A stretch of 64,000 nt of DNA from Candidatus Nanohalarchaeota archaeon (GCA_022729235.1 JALDAJ010000001.1:640001-704000); one strand, 5' to 3'. Shown: positions 1-9,369, counted from the stretch's first letter. Notes: generated by a model from the sequence alone, not told the origin. Translations and numbers: made by a program.

Positions 1-8
1 TCGAGAGG

Positions 9-1232
9 ATGACAGGGATACTTGAGATAGTTGAGATAGAGGAGGATGGTGAGGCGCCTGACGAGGCGGGTGAAGAAGATGAAACTGACTACGAACTACC
101 TCCTGAGCTGGAGTCGATACTGGAGGATGCAGAGATAGACCTGGATGATCCAGATGTAGAGGAGGATGTCGAGTTAAACCTGAGCGCTGTCGTCGAATAC
201 CTGAATGAGACGGGTGAAATAGACATAGATGACCCGGACAGGGAGGAAGACGCTAGACTGGAACTGGACGCCATACTTGAACACTTCGAAGAGGATGCTG
301 AACCGAGGGAGGGAGACGACCCGGAATTCCCGGGAGAAACACCAGTACCTGACCCGTCTCCTGAACTCGTCGTGGAGATGACGCCTGTAGAAAGCAGTTA
401 CAACGCCACGCCGGGACAGTTTGCGCCCATGGAGCTCAGTGTGCAGAATGTTGGAGGAACGGATGTTGATGATATCGATATAGATCCCAGGATAGATGAA
501 ATTATGCCTGGCTGGGAGGTGGAGGGCTCGCAGATTTCTTCGTTACCGCAGGGCGCAAATATCACGAGAACGGTCTTTGTTCAACCAGCAGAGACCGCGC
601 AACCTGGCGAGTACCTAGTCCCTGTCGATGCCTATGACGGGAATAACACAAGAATCGATCTGGAGTACGTAAATCTGGAGGTGGAGGACGTACCCGCGTT
701 CTTTAACCGGATGAGATTCACCGATGTCCCTAGGACAATCGCGATTGAGGAAGGAGACGAGCAGACATATCCGGTCATGATAGAGAATATAGGTCGGGAA
801 GACCTTGAGAATATAGAGTTTGAGGCGCAGAACATCGATGACTGCGGAACTTTCTCCGCGCCAGTGGTTGATGAGCTTCAAGAGGGCGAGTCAGTATCCG
901 CCAGTCTAGAGATCGCCGCGACTGATTCGACGGGAGAATGCGAGATAAATGTGATAGCCTCATCGGATGAGGGTGCTTACACCTTCGCTGATATGACGGT
1001 AACGGTTATCCCGGAGGATGCGTTGATACCTCCTGAGCAGAGAGTGCCGTTGATAGCCTTTGTATGGACGTTCCTCCTAGCAGGCTACGGTGTATCCGTC
1101 CGGAAGTTTGACCTGCAGTCCTTTGGTCTGAAGCTTCCGCTGGTTTTACTGGTGATAGGGCAGACCGTGATTATACTCTACCTTGCGACTAACACTTATG
1201 GTGTGCTTCCCTCGGAGATATTCCCGTTCTGA
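9..1232 (+). CDS. C-terminal part of a membrane-anchored cell-surface protein with CARDB/NEW3-like Ig-fold domains (probably 5'-truncated by window edge)
   Basis: Frame is open back to the window start; acidic linker; two 'V.N.G' Ig-like motifs (VQNVGG, IENIGR); two C-terminal hydrophobic helices. Confidence 0.65.
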   Translation: MTGILEIVEIEEDGEAPDEAGEEDETDYELPPELESILEDAEIDLDDPDVEEDVELNLSAVVEYLNETGEIDIDDPDREEDARLELDAILEHFEEDAEPREGDDPEFPGETPVPDPSPELVVEMTPVESSYNATPGQFAPMELSVQNVGGTDVDDIDIDPRIDEIMPGWEVEGSQISSLPQGANITRTVFVQPAETAQPGEYLVPVDAYDGNNTRIDLEYVNLEVEDVPAFFNRMRFTDVPRTIAIEEGDEQTYPVMIENIGREDLENIEFEAQNIDDCGTFSAPVVDELQEGESVSASLEIAATDSTGECEINVIASSDEGAYTFADMTVTVIPEDALIPPEQRVPLIAFVWTFLLAGYGVSVRKFDLQSFGLKLPLVLLVIGQTVIILYLATNTYGVLPSEIFPF

Positions 1233-1747
1233 TTCTCTATAACCATTTCCAGTGACAGGATAACACCGACTGCTACTATAAGTAGTACCGAGGCTGTCAT
1301 CGAGGATACACCTGCTTCTATTATCTCCGAAACTGCAGCTAAATCACCTTTACCCAGTCCAAGAGTCACTGACAGGAACATCCCTGCCGAAACCATCCCG
1401 GCGAGTTTCTCCCTGAAATCTCCTGCCCTGAGACCGGCCAGGAGCGTTAAAGCACCAGCAGTTATAGTGGCAGCGTAGCCTGAAAGATAAAAGGCAAGAA
1501 GTTCGGTGTTACCGAGACCGCAGTAAGGGGAAACAGTTCCATGCAGACCGGAAAGAAATGAAAACCCCAGGCTGAACCCGTAGTTACATCCTGTGTATTC
1601 GAGCACGGATATGTGACCTAGTTCGTGTATGAGCGGACCAATAATGAGGAAGCAGGTAAAGAATGCTCCTGAAATCACCAGATTTTCCAGCAGTTTTTCT
1701 CTCCTCTCAGAGCTTTCCAGGTCTTTCAAGTGTTTATCTGGATACAT
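1196..1747 (-). CDS. Small integral membrane protein with HExxH motif (M50-like metalloprotease)
   Basis: IHELGH directly after a TM helix; several further hydrophobic segments; start overlaps the stop of the upstream gene. Confidence 0.6.
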   Translation of the reverse strand: MYPDKHLKDLESSERREKLLENLVISGAFFTCFLIIGPLIHELGHISVLEYTGCNYGFSLGFSFLSGLHGTVSPYCGLGNTELLAFYLSGYAATITAGALTLLAGLRAGDFREKLAGMVSAGMFLSVTLGLGKGDLAAVSEIIEAGVSSMTASVLLIVAVGVILSLEMVIENQNGNISEGSTP

Positions 1748-3372
1748 CAGTATCCCTTGACTACCTTTCTCGAGGCATTTATTATCTCGTCTATGTCGGA
1801 GACGTCAAGATCGCCAGTGTACTGGTCGACATGCATCCCGTCGAAGAACTCTCTTAACGTCTCCACGTTCTTACCTCTCTTATCCCGGATCTTGTCCGCT
1901 AGTTCCCTGTAAGTAAGTTCTCTCTCGATTCCCTCTTTGTATTCAAGGTAGCCTTTCATGATTTGAGCAGTCTTTATAGCGGCTTCTTCCTCATTTTCCA
2001 GGTCCTTGTACTTCTCAAGCAGCTCCAGTACTTTCCTATCCCGCGCGCCGTTATCGTTGTCGCTTTCGTCACCGCCGCGTTTAAGGATGTCGCGTACACT
2101 GTTCCGGAAATCCCGGATATCATCGAGCTGATCTCTGAAACTACTGCTTTCTTCCTCTTCTTCCTCATGTCCTACAGCACCCATGAGCATCTCAAGTTCC
2201 TCTTCCGCCTCTTCTCTCATCTCCTCCATTTCCTCCTCTTCAACTTCATGGTCTTCAGACTTGCTGCCGGCACCAATAACTTCTACCTCTCCGCTATCTT
2301 CCTCCATCGACTGCTTTATCTTCTTGAGGTCGTCGATGCTAGCCTTCCTGAGAACTTCCCTGTCAAAATCGTCTTCAAGTTCCTCTATAAGTTCTTCTCT
2401 CTCCGTTTTATCATCTCTCAGTTTCTTAAGCTCGTCAAGGGTTAACTCTTCCAGCTGCTCATCGCTCATGTCAACGTCCAGTTCTTCAAGTATCTCTTTC
2501 TTCTCCTCCAGTTCAGGATTGGTTTCATCCTCGTCTTCCTGCTCTTCTATGTCTTCTCCAGGGTCTTCTTCCCAGTCTTCTATGTCTTCATCCTCTATTT
2601 CTTCCAGTTCCTCGTTTTCGTCTTCTCCAGCCTCCTCTTCTTCATCTAGTTCCCCTGAATCTTCGGCATCATCTTCATCATCGAGTTCCTCACCTTCTTC
2701 TCCTGTTTCTTGATCTTCTAATGATTCTTCGTTTTGTATAGACTTCATAGCCTCGGCGATATCTCCTGTAGAAGAGTCTATACTGTCCGCGAGCCTGTCC
2801 ACTTTTTCTTCCGGCTCAAGTTTCTCCATATCTCTTTCCAGCTGTTCGAGGTCTTCCTCCAGCTCTTCGACGTCTTCCTCGACGTTCTGGATGTCTGAGG
2901 CAGCCTGTATCTCTGCTATCTCCTTTTTTATAAGCTCGATAGCGGTTTTCCGGTTCTTCAATGACTCCTCGGCTTCAAGGAGTTCCTCCAGCGCCTCTGT
3001 AGAGAGTGATCGTGCCTCGATGAATGCCTGGAGTTCATCCACGGTCCCGCTCGTAACTTCTATCAGGCGCTCTACTTCGATGTGGTCTGTGTTAACGGCG
3101 TTTGAGAAGTCCTCTTGGTTGTCCACCTGCTCTATTATACTCTTTATCTTCCTGACATCTTCCCTGGCTTCCTCAAGCAGACCGTCATCCTCTTCTTCCA
3201 GTCTCTTACCCAGTATCTTTTTCGCCGACTTCCTGTCCTTACCCGCTTTCTCCGCCTCAAGAAGGGTCATGACCTGCTCATCTGACAGGTCACGCATCTC
3301 GACGTATCTCTCCAGCTCTTCTACTGTACCGCTAAGGGCTTCTACAACTTCGACTGTGCCGAGTTCTTCCAT
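1747..3372 (-). CDS. Highly acidic coiled-coil protein in the MoxR/DUF58/vWA operon
   Basis: 541-aa ORF, very E/D-rich; two N-terminal GTV.EL...LLEAE...K.RK repeats; co-directional with the vWA gene. Confidence 0.75.
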   Translation of the reverse strand: MEELGTVEVVEALSGTVEELERYVEMRDLSDEQVMTLLEAEKAGKDRKSAKKILGKRLEEEDDGLLEEAREDVRKIKSIIEQVDNQEDFSNAVNTDHIEVERLIEVTSGTVDELQAFIEARSLSTEALEELLEAEESLKNRKTAIELIKKEIAEIQAASDIQNVEEDVEELEEDLEQLERDMEKLEPEEKVDRLADSIDSSTGDIAEAMKSIQNEESLEDQETGEEGEELDDEDDAEDSGELDEEEEAGEDENEELEEIEDEDIEDWEEDPGEDIEEQEDEDETNPELEEKKEILEELDVDMSDEQLEELTLDELKKLRDDKTEREELIEELEDDFDREVLRKASIDDLKKIKQSMEEDSGEVEVIGAGSKSEDHEVEEEEMEEMREEAEEELEMLMGAVGHEEEEEESSSFRDQLDDIRDFRNSVRDILKRGGDESDNDNGARDRKVLELLEKYKDLENEEEAAIKTAQIMKGYLEYKEGIERELTYRELADKIRDKRGKNVETLREFFDGMHVDQYTGDLDVSDIDEIINASRKVVKGY

Positions 3373-3407
3373 CTCTGGGAACTATTTGAAATTGGTTAAA
3401 TAAGGGT

Positions 3408-4358
3408 TTATGGAAGGATGCTGTAACGAGTGGAACCTAGTACCCACTCAAGGAGCAGGAGAATCAGTGTGGCGTAGATAAAGTAAATTGAAACGCTGGT
3501 CTCTACCTCTCGCTCCTCAAGCTCCATGATTTCCTCCCGGAGCTCCGTACCGTTGTTTACTGTGCTGAACTCTCCACCGGTCTGTTCTGCCACGCGCCTT
3601 AATTCGTTCTCGTTGATGTTCGGGTAGACAGCTCTCGTGGCGTTCTCCCCACCTATTATCTCGTACTCTGTCCGCACCTCGCTTTCATCACCTATACCGA
3701 CTGTATGCACTGTTGTATTATGGGTCTGGGCGAACCGGATGGATTCGTTTACAGGTGTTCCGGCGCTGCTCTCACTGCCGGTGATGACGATAACAGTCCC
3801 GGAACGGTTAGTTTCCAGGAGCATCGAGGTCGAGGTGTGGACCGCATCTCCCAGTGCCGAACCTGCTATTTCTCCTACATCTACCGTGTTGACCTGTAAC
3901 GATGCGCTCTCGTAGTCAGAGGTCATGTCTACGTCTCTTGAAATATCTCCGGCGAAGGAGACTACTCCTACCTCAGAGTCTCCTTCCATCTGTGATATAA
4001 ACTCCGAGGTCATCTGCTTGGATGCCTCGAGCCGTGTCGGTTCTATATCGTCGGTAAGCATGGAACTGGACGAGTCTATCGCGAAGACGACGTCGGTATC
4101 CGGTGCCTGCACCTCTTCCACCAGTGCAGGCGATGAAAGACCGATAATCAGGAGAGTCAGCGCCCCTATCCTTGTCAGGAGCACGATATTGCTTGACTTG
4201 AGAAAGTTCTTCCCGGCCACTTTCTGCAGGGTCTCATAGTTCCCGAACTTCATCGCTCTCTGCCTGTTCTTCTTCGTTGCCCCGATGTAAAGCACGATAG
4301 CAAGCCCGTTCACAAGCAAGAGCAGCCACGCGTACTCGTTGGTCAGTACCAGACGCAT
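3408..4358 (-). CDS. BatA-like von Willebrand factor A domain membrane protein
   Basis: N-terminal BatA-type TM region, MIDAS-like DSSSSM, 'PTRLEASK', 'VGVVSFAG', C-terminal 'LLLLEW' TM. Confidence 0.88.
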   Translation of the reverse strand: MRLVLTNEYAWLLLLVNGLAIVLYIGATKKNRQRAMKFGNYETLQKVAGKNFLKSSNIVLLTRIGALTLLIIGLSSPALVEEVQAPDTDVVFAIDSSSSMLTDDIEPTRLEASKQMTSEFISQMEGDSEVGVVSFAGDISRDVDMTSDYESASLQVNTVDVGEIAGSALGDAVHTSTSMLLETNRSGTVIVITGSESSAGTPVNESIRFAQTHNTTVHTVGIGDESEVRTEYEIIGGENATRAVYPNINENELRRVAEQTGGEFSTVNNGTELREEIMELEEREVETSVSIYFIYATLILLLLEWVLGSTRYSILP

Positions 4359-4465
4359 GTGAAAACCTCCTCCGCTCGTTTTCTATAATATGATTTTCTT
4401 CCAGAAAACACGGTCTGAAACTCGCTCCGCTCATTTCTTGAGATCTCTTCTAACGAAGACATCTT

Positions 4466-5395
4466 CTACCATCCTCCTCCTTCCTGGTCGAAGTAGGATG
4501 CGAAAGCCTTTGCGAATTCATCCCTGGTATCGATTTTAAGGAAACTGGCGCCTCCCCCGGTCAGCTTCTCTTTCATCCTTTGCTCCTCTATATCAGCCTC
4601 CCGGTCGAACTCCTCCTTGATCTTCGTGGTGTCGACCACCATCTGACCGCCGCCACTTGAAGAAGACTCGAACCGGAAGTTACCGGCTTCAGGCATCCGG
4701 TAGTCTCTCAGATCCCGGACCATGACGGCCATCTGGTGCCTGAACTTCTCGTTCGCCAGCTGCATCTTAGCCTTCCAGTCTCCCTCGACCTCAAGGAAGT
4801 CGGATATGATGAATATCGAAGTATTACCCTTTATCTGCCCGATCACATCGTTCATCGCCTCTTCAAGATCGAACTTCCCCCCGTAGATATCGTAGTCTGT
4901 AACCTCGTGGAGCACCCGCTGGTACTGGTCTGTACCGCCCTGCGGCGTGACTATACGAGACTCCTCGCCCCACATACCTATCCCGACGTCTATACCTGCA
5001 TCAACGGAGGCGTAGGTAAGTGCAGAGGCGACGACAGCAGCGTATTCCGATTTCAGCTTGTCTGCGGTACCGAACAGCATCGTGTCCGATACGTCCATTA
5101 TTATGAATACGTCCATGTCCCGCTCCTCATCGAACTCCTTGACGTAGAGCTCTGGTTTACCCGCCGAAATCTTCCAGTCTATGCGCGAGGCATCGTCCGC
5201 CGGCAGGTACTGTCTCAGCCCTGAGAACTCGACACCGGATGGCTGGAAGTGCTCCTTGTATTTGAGTATGAACCGGAAAAGGTCGGATACACGTTTGACC
5301 TCGACATCAACCTGTTTCCTCAGTTTCTCTGGCGGTATAAGATCGTTTTTGTTCACTCCTTCGCTGTTGTCTCCCTTCATGTTATCGAGAAACAT
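4466..5395 (-). CDS. DUF58 family protein (MoxR-associated)
   Basis: G.EF..LRQY.P.DDASRIDWK and LYVKEFDEER motifs, 'IISDF'; directly downstream of MoxR. Confidence 0.9.
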   Translation of the reverse strand: MFLDNMKGDNSEGVNKNDLIPPEKLRKQVDVEVKRVSDLFRFILKYKEHFQPSGVEFSGLRQYLPADDASRIDWKISAGKPELYVKEFDEERDMDVFIIMDVSDTMLFGTADKLKSEYAAVVASALTYASVDAGIDVGIGMWGEESRIVTPQGGTDQYQRVLHEVTDYDIYGGKFDLEEAMNDVIGQIKGNTSIFIISDFLEVEGDWKAKMQLANEKFRHQMAVMVRDLRDYRMPEAGNFRFESSSSGGGQMVVDTTKIKEEFDREADIEEQRMKEKLTGGGASFLKIDTRDEFAKAFASYFDQEGGGW

Positions 5396-5397
5396 CT

Positions 5398-8178
5398 CTA
5401 CCTCACCGGTACATTATCGACGATGTCCTGTATGATATCCTCGACCTCAAGCCCTTCTGCCTCACCCTCGTAGTTCAGTATTATCCTGTGGATGAAGACA
5501 TCCCTGATGACCTCTCTTATATCCTCGGGAGTGACGTAAGTTCTCTCGTTGTATAGCGCGTTAGCTCTCGCGGCTAACGCCAGGTTAATGGAAGCTCTCG
5601 GTGTGCAACCCCAGTCGATGTAATCCGAGTACTCCAGTCCGTAGTCTTCAGGGTTTCTTGACGCGTCCACCAGGTCGACGATGTAAGCCTTGATCTCCTG
5701 CGACACGTTGACAACCTTTGAGAACTCCTGCATGTCAAGGACGTCCTGTTTTTCGACAGCGGTCTGGATGTTGAAGTCTTCTTCCATATCCATGATGTTG
5801 GCGTTCAGGTCGATAATCTTCTGCTCGCTCTTCTTCTTCGGGTAGGGCAGGTATATCTTGAACAGGAAACGGTCGATCTGCGCCTCAGGTAACGGGTAGG
5901 TATTGTGGTTGATACCGCACGCTCCTAGTCCTGCCACGTAGTTATGGCTTTTAGGGACGCTGAGTCCTATGACTGGGCCTTCATATTCTTCGGATTTGAT
6001 TTCCTGAACAGGGTCGTAGAATACATCGCTTTCAACAAGTTTTTTGAGATATGATATGATTTGCTCGGCTTTCTTCAACCTTTTTTCCCTCTCCTGTTTC
6101 ACGAACTGTTCTACCTCTGCCGTATCGTCTTCGTTCTTGTACGTCTGCCATACCATATGCTTTGAAAGCTCTGTTTCCTCTACTATCTCTGTAATCGCGA
6201 TACCGCAGCTCTGAGCTTTCTTCTGGACTGAATTGTGTTCCTGGATTTTCCTCTCCTCAACTGTATCTTCCATTAAATCTACGAAATTCTTGAGTTCGTG
6301 CTCTGAAACTCTGCCTCTCTGTTTCGCCATGTGATAGAGAGAGTACCAGTCACGTTCTGTCATATCTCCAGAGTACTTGAATCCTAGTATACTGACAAGC
6401 TCGTCTATCATCTCGCTCTCTACAGGTAGAACTCTGTAAGCAGAGGGTCCCTCGACTACCTCTGGTTCTTCTCCCGGCCACGTAAACCTATCCATGTAAG
6501 GTTTCAGGTCTTTACCGGAGACCCTGAGACGGTAAACCCGTTCTTGGTCGTATATCGCCGGTCTGATACCGAAATCGATTAGCATGTGAGATATCAGATT
6601 GATTGTTTCTCTGTCGTTCTGAGTCATCGTGATCCGGATATTGTCCTCTTCCTTATCATTTTCGAAGTATGACTCTGCCTGCATGAACGCATCGATGAAC
6701 TCTTTCTTGAATTCTTCTGGTGCATTCAGCAAAGTTTCCGGCTTATCAATCCTGTACCTCTCTTCCAGGTACCGGATAAACGGCTTGGAACGTACCTTAG
6801 CATGCTTTACACCGTCTTTCATCCTCGTGTTTACTTCCAGCCCTGCCTTTTCAGCCAGAGATATCCATCTCTCAATAAGTTCCGGATAATTTTTCTGGGA
6901 GACCTCGACAGAATTATTATTGATGTTTCCTTCTGCAAGCGTGAATCCTAGGAAGAAGCCTGCATCTCCAGCGTTCCAAGAATCCGATATCTGGTGGGTC
7001 TTGTGGCTCTCAATGTAGCTACTTGGTTCGATATTCTCCTGTTTAAGGACCTCCGCCAATTCTTCTCCGATCCCGTTTGAAGTTCCACTAAGGTAGTTGA
7101 GGGTTCTATCATAACTTATCCCTGATTTCTCTGCAAGCTCTTTCTTGGTCAAGTGAGATGCTATACGTAGAGCATCCACATCTTCATAGGAGAAGTCTCT
7201 CTCTTCGATACTTCTCTTGGCGTCTTCTACATCGTCTGCTGTAACAGTTCTGAACTCTTCATCCAGTTTTTCGATAGTTTCTTTATGCGAAGGAAAACCT
7301 TCCTCAGGAAGGTCTAAGACTTCTGGACATACTAGGAAGTCACCTTCCTGTATCTCCTCAGCTCTCTTCCAGACAAGTCTGCCGCTCTCGTTCACGAGGA
7401 ACGGATGATCGCCGTTGACCTTGATACGTCTACCGGTTCTCGTGGTTACAGTATAGGCTTTTCCGCTGTAATCCTTCTCGTATACCATGCAGGAAGTCTC
7501 CTCAATTTCTCCATTCACTGAAAGGTTGTTGGTAAAGTCTCCCGCATCATAAATTCTCTTGTCATTGTCTTCATGGATAAGTTCTCCTTCCTGCTTAGCA
7601 TGTTTCAGAGCATTTTCCGCCTTCCAGAGTTCACCGTTCATGTAAAGAGTTTCCTCAGGATGTAGGCTTCCTCCCTGTTCGACAGGGTTATGCGTCGCCA
7701 TAGTGAAGAACGGCTCGGGCAGGTGGAAGGTTTCGTCACCGATAGATACTTTATGCTCCTGCATAGCCTCAAGCATAGCAGACTGGACTTTCGGCGGTGC
7801 ACGGTTAATCTCATCTGCCAGGATAAAGTTCGCGAATATAGGTCCTTTCTCAACGTAGAAACCCTTGTCCTCGTTATACGCCTCGACACCTACGATATCG
7901 CTCGGCAGTTTGTCCGGCGTGAACTGGATACGGTTGAACTCCGAGCCCTCAACGATCTGACCGAGAAGCTCGACAAGCAAGGATTTCCCTAGTCCTGGTA
8001 CTCCTTCCAGCAGGATGTTACCTCCCGCAACTACTGTAAGCATGATTTTGTGGATGACATCTTCCTGCCCGACGAATCCCTTGTGGACCTCGTTCTCCAT
8101 ATCCTTGATCTTGGCAGCCAGCTCCTCTGCCTTCTCCTGCTTTTTCTGGTCAGAAAGATCTGCGAACTTACTTGCCAT
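5398..8178 (-). CDS. moxR: MoxR family AAA+ ATPase interrupted by an intein
   Basis: Walker A LEGVPGLGKS, RIQFTPD, Walker B LADEINRAPPKVQSAMLEAM; NPVEQGG and TYPLPEAQIDRF are split by a 589-aa insertion; spliced product 337 aa. Confidence 0.93.
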   Translation of the reverse strand: MASKFADLSDQKKQEKAEELAAKIKDMENEVHKGFVGQEDVIHKIMLTVVAGGNILLEGVPGLGKSLLVELLGQIVEGSEFNRIQFTPDKLPSDIVGVEAYNEDKGFYVEKGPIFANFILADEINRAPPKVQSAMLEAMQEHKVSIGDETFHLPEPFFTMATHNPVEQGGSLHPEETLYMNGELWKAENALKHAKQEGELIHEDNDKRIYDAGDFTNNLSVNGEIEETSCMVYEKDYSGKAYTVTTRTGRRIKVNGDHPFLVNESGRLVWKRAEEIQEGDFLVCPEVLDLPEEGFPSHKETIEKLDEEFRTVTADDVEDAKRSIEERDFSYEDVDALRIASHLTKKELAEKSGISYDRTLNYLSGTSNGIGEELAEVLKQENIEPSSYIESHKTHQISDSWNAGDAGFFLGFTLAEGNINNNSVEVSQKNYPELIERWISLAEKAGLEVNTRMKDGVKHAKVRSKPFIRYLEERYRIDKPETLLNAPEEFKKEFIDAFMQAESYFENDKEEDNIRITMTQNDRETINLISHMLIDFGIRPAIYDQERVYRLRVSGKDLKPYMDRFTWPGEEPEVVEGPSAYRVLPVESEMIDELVSILGFKYSGDMTERDWYSLYHMAKQRGRVSEHELKNFVDLMEDTVEERKIQEHNSVQKKAQSCGIAITEIVEETELSKHMVWQTYKNEDDTAEVEQFVKQEREKRLKKAEQIISYLKKLVESDVFYDPVQEIKSEEYEGPVIGLSVPKSHNYVAGLGACGINHNTYPLPEAQIDRFLFKIYLPYPKKKSEQKIIDLNANIMDMEEDFNIQTAVEKQDVLDMQEFSKVVNVSQEIKAYIVDLVDASRNPEDYGLEYSDYIDWGCTPRASINLALAARANALYNERTYVTPEDIREVIRDVFIHRIILNYEGEAEGLEVEDIIQDIVDNVPVR
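5902..7668 (-). mobile_element. Intein (589 aa) with LAGLIDADG-type endonuclease region and HTH insertions
   Basis: Starts SLHPEE (Ser1), block B 'VNGDHPFLV', ends 'HNYVAG...GINHN' followed by +1 Thr; LAGLIDADG-like 'GFFLGFTLAEG'. Confidence 0.92.
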
Positions 8179-8221
8179 CGCACTAAATGATTCCGCAAGC
8201 CTGAATAAAAAACCTTCAAGA

Positions 8222-8497
8222 CTACAGCTGGTGATATCCTTCGTCTCTGTGAATTACTGTTAGGATGATGATCTCGCTGTCCTGTATGTCAAATATTGCT
8301 CTGTGGTCGAGTTTACCGTTCCTCTCGCCTATTTTCAACCGGAAAAGAGATTCTTGATTAACCTGTATCAATTTGACTTTTTCATGGGATGTCGGCCCGT
8401 CTTCTAGCTTTTCTATCTCTTCCCTTAATCTCTGTTCAATTTCTTCGTCGATCGAGTTAAGCTTTTTCTCCGCCTCGCCAGAGTATCTGATTTTCAT
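8222..8497 (-). CDS. RelE/ParE family toxin
   Basis: 'I.YSGEAEKKL..I', 'FRLKIG', 'HRAIF', C-terminal 'IHRDEGY'; start moved to ATG at 8497. Confidence 0.8.
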   Translation of the reverse strand: MKIRYSGEAEKKLNSIDEEIEQRLREEIEKLEDGPTSHEKVKLIQVNQESLFRLKIGERNGKLDHRAIFDIQDSEIIILTVIHRDEGYHQL

Positions 8498-8610
8498 GTC
8501 TGAATCTTCTGACCGATTTTTTATAAATATCACTAATATTTATGGTTATTTCATCAAATCTCATAATATTTTATAAAGCTTAAGACCTATACACTGGTTA
8601 GTTGATTGAA

Positions 8611-8862
8611 ATGCCTGTAAGCGTTGACCTACCTGAAGATATGAGAAGGGATCTTGAGAAGAAGAAAGAGGAGGAGTACTACAGCTCGATGAGTGAAGTT
8701 ATCCGGACAGCCATCAGACAGTTTCTAGAGAAAGATGAGACACAGCTTACCAGGAAGGACGAAGCGATTCTCGAACTGATCAAGCAGGGCAAAGTAGAGG
8801 AGGTCCATCTGGAAGGAGAAGCGCTGGAAAGCCTGCAGAAAGGCATGGAAGAACTAGACTGA
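8611..8862 (+). CDS. Ribbon-helix-helix (CopG/Arc/MetJ) protein, putative antitoxin
   Basis: VSVDLPED beta-strand then 'YSSMSEVIRTAIRQFL'. Confidence 0.8.
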   Translation: MPVSVDLPEDMRRDLEKKKEEEYYSSMSEVIRTAIRQFLEKDETQLTRKDEAILELIKQGKVEEVHLEGEALESLQKGMEELD

Positions 8863-8918
8863 GTGATGTGTGGCGCATTACGGTAAATGATAAAAAGTTG
8901 GAGATAACGGTTCTAGGT

Positions 8919-9059
8919 ATGGCTGAAACAGTCGAGAAACCGGATGACAGAAGTGTCGATGAACTTCTTGCAGGTCTAAAGAAGAGTATCAAGCAGGCGA
9001 AGGAAGGTAAGACCCGGTCCTGGAAGGAAGTTAAGGAAGGTTTTCAGCAAAAGCAGTAA
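8919..9059 (+). CDS. Small putative antitoxin-like protein
   Basis: 46 aa from ATG 8919; 'LKKSIKQAKEGKTRSWKEV' resembles the C-terminal toxin-binding segment of RelB-type antitoxins. Confidence 0.5.
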   Translation: MAETVEKPDDRSVDELLAGLKKSIKQAKEGKTRSWKEVKEGFQQKQ

Positions 9060-9369
9060 AGTCAGATATCTTGCCAGCTAATTTTTGAGCCTCTTTCTTA
9101 GTCAGGACCCTGATACAGTAAACCTTGTCGTCCCCGTATTTTTCCAGATACTTTCCCTCTAGAAACCAGGCTCTGTAATCTCTACCAAGGTTCATCTGCA
9201 AGGCAGGGTGCATGTTACCGGATAGATACTTATCAAAGGCCTGTCTCGGGGAAGCCCCGATTCCCAGGTTCTTCTCTGTGGCGTCCAACTTACTGAATAA
9301 AGTGTCTCTGACAGTCTCCGGAAGCCGTTCAAGATCGCCTTCTGCCCTATGAGTTAAATCTATCTCCAT
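9031..9369 (-). CDS. RelE-like protein
   Basis: 'IDLTHRAEGDLERL', 'LGRDYRAWF', 'CIRVLTKKE' follow the RelE fold pattern. Confidence 0.55.
   Translation of the reverse strand: MEIDLTHRAEGDLERLPETVRDTLFSKLDATEKNLGIGASPRQAFDKYLSGNMHPALQMNLGRDYRAWFLEGKYLEKYGDDKVYCIRVLTKKEAQKLAGKISDFTAFAENLP

Noticed and set aside
2183-3403. Long Ser-rich or Phe/Leu-rich ORFs antisense to acidic genes (also 15696..16433, 29034..29626, 31240..31980 and many others)
   Set aside because: Shadow frames produced by GAA/GAG/GAC-rich coding on the opposite strand; fully overlapped by better-supported genes
4360-4440. Imperfect direct repeat CTCCGCTC(G/A)TTT between the DUF58 and vWA genes
   Set aside because: Only two short copies; no terminal inverted repeats or other copies seen, so not called as a MITE or operator
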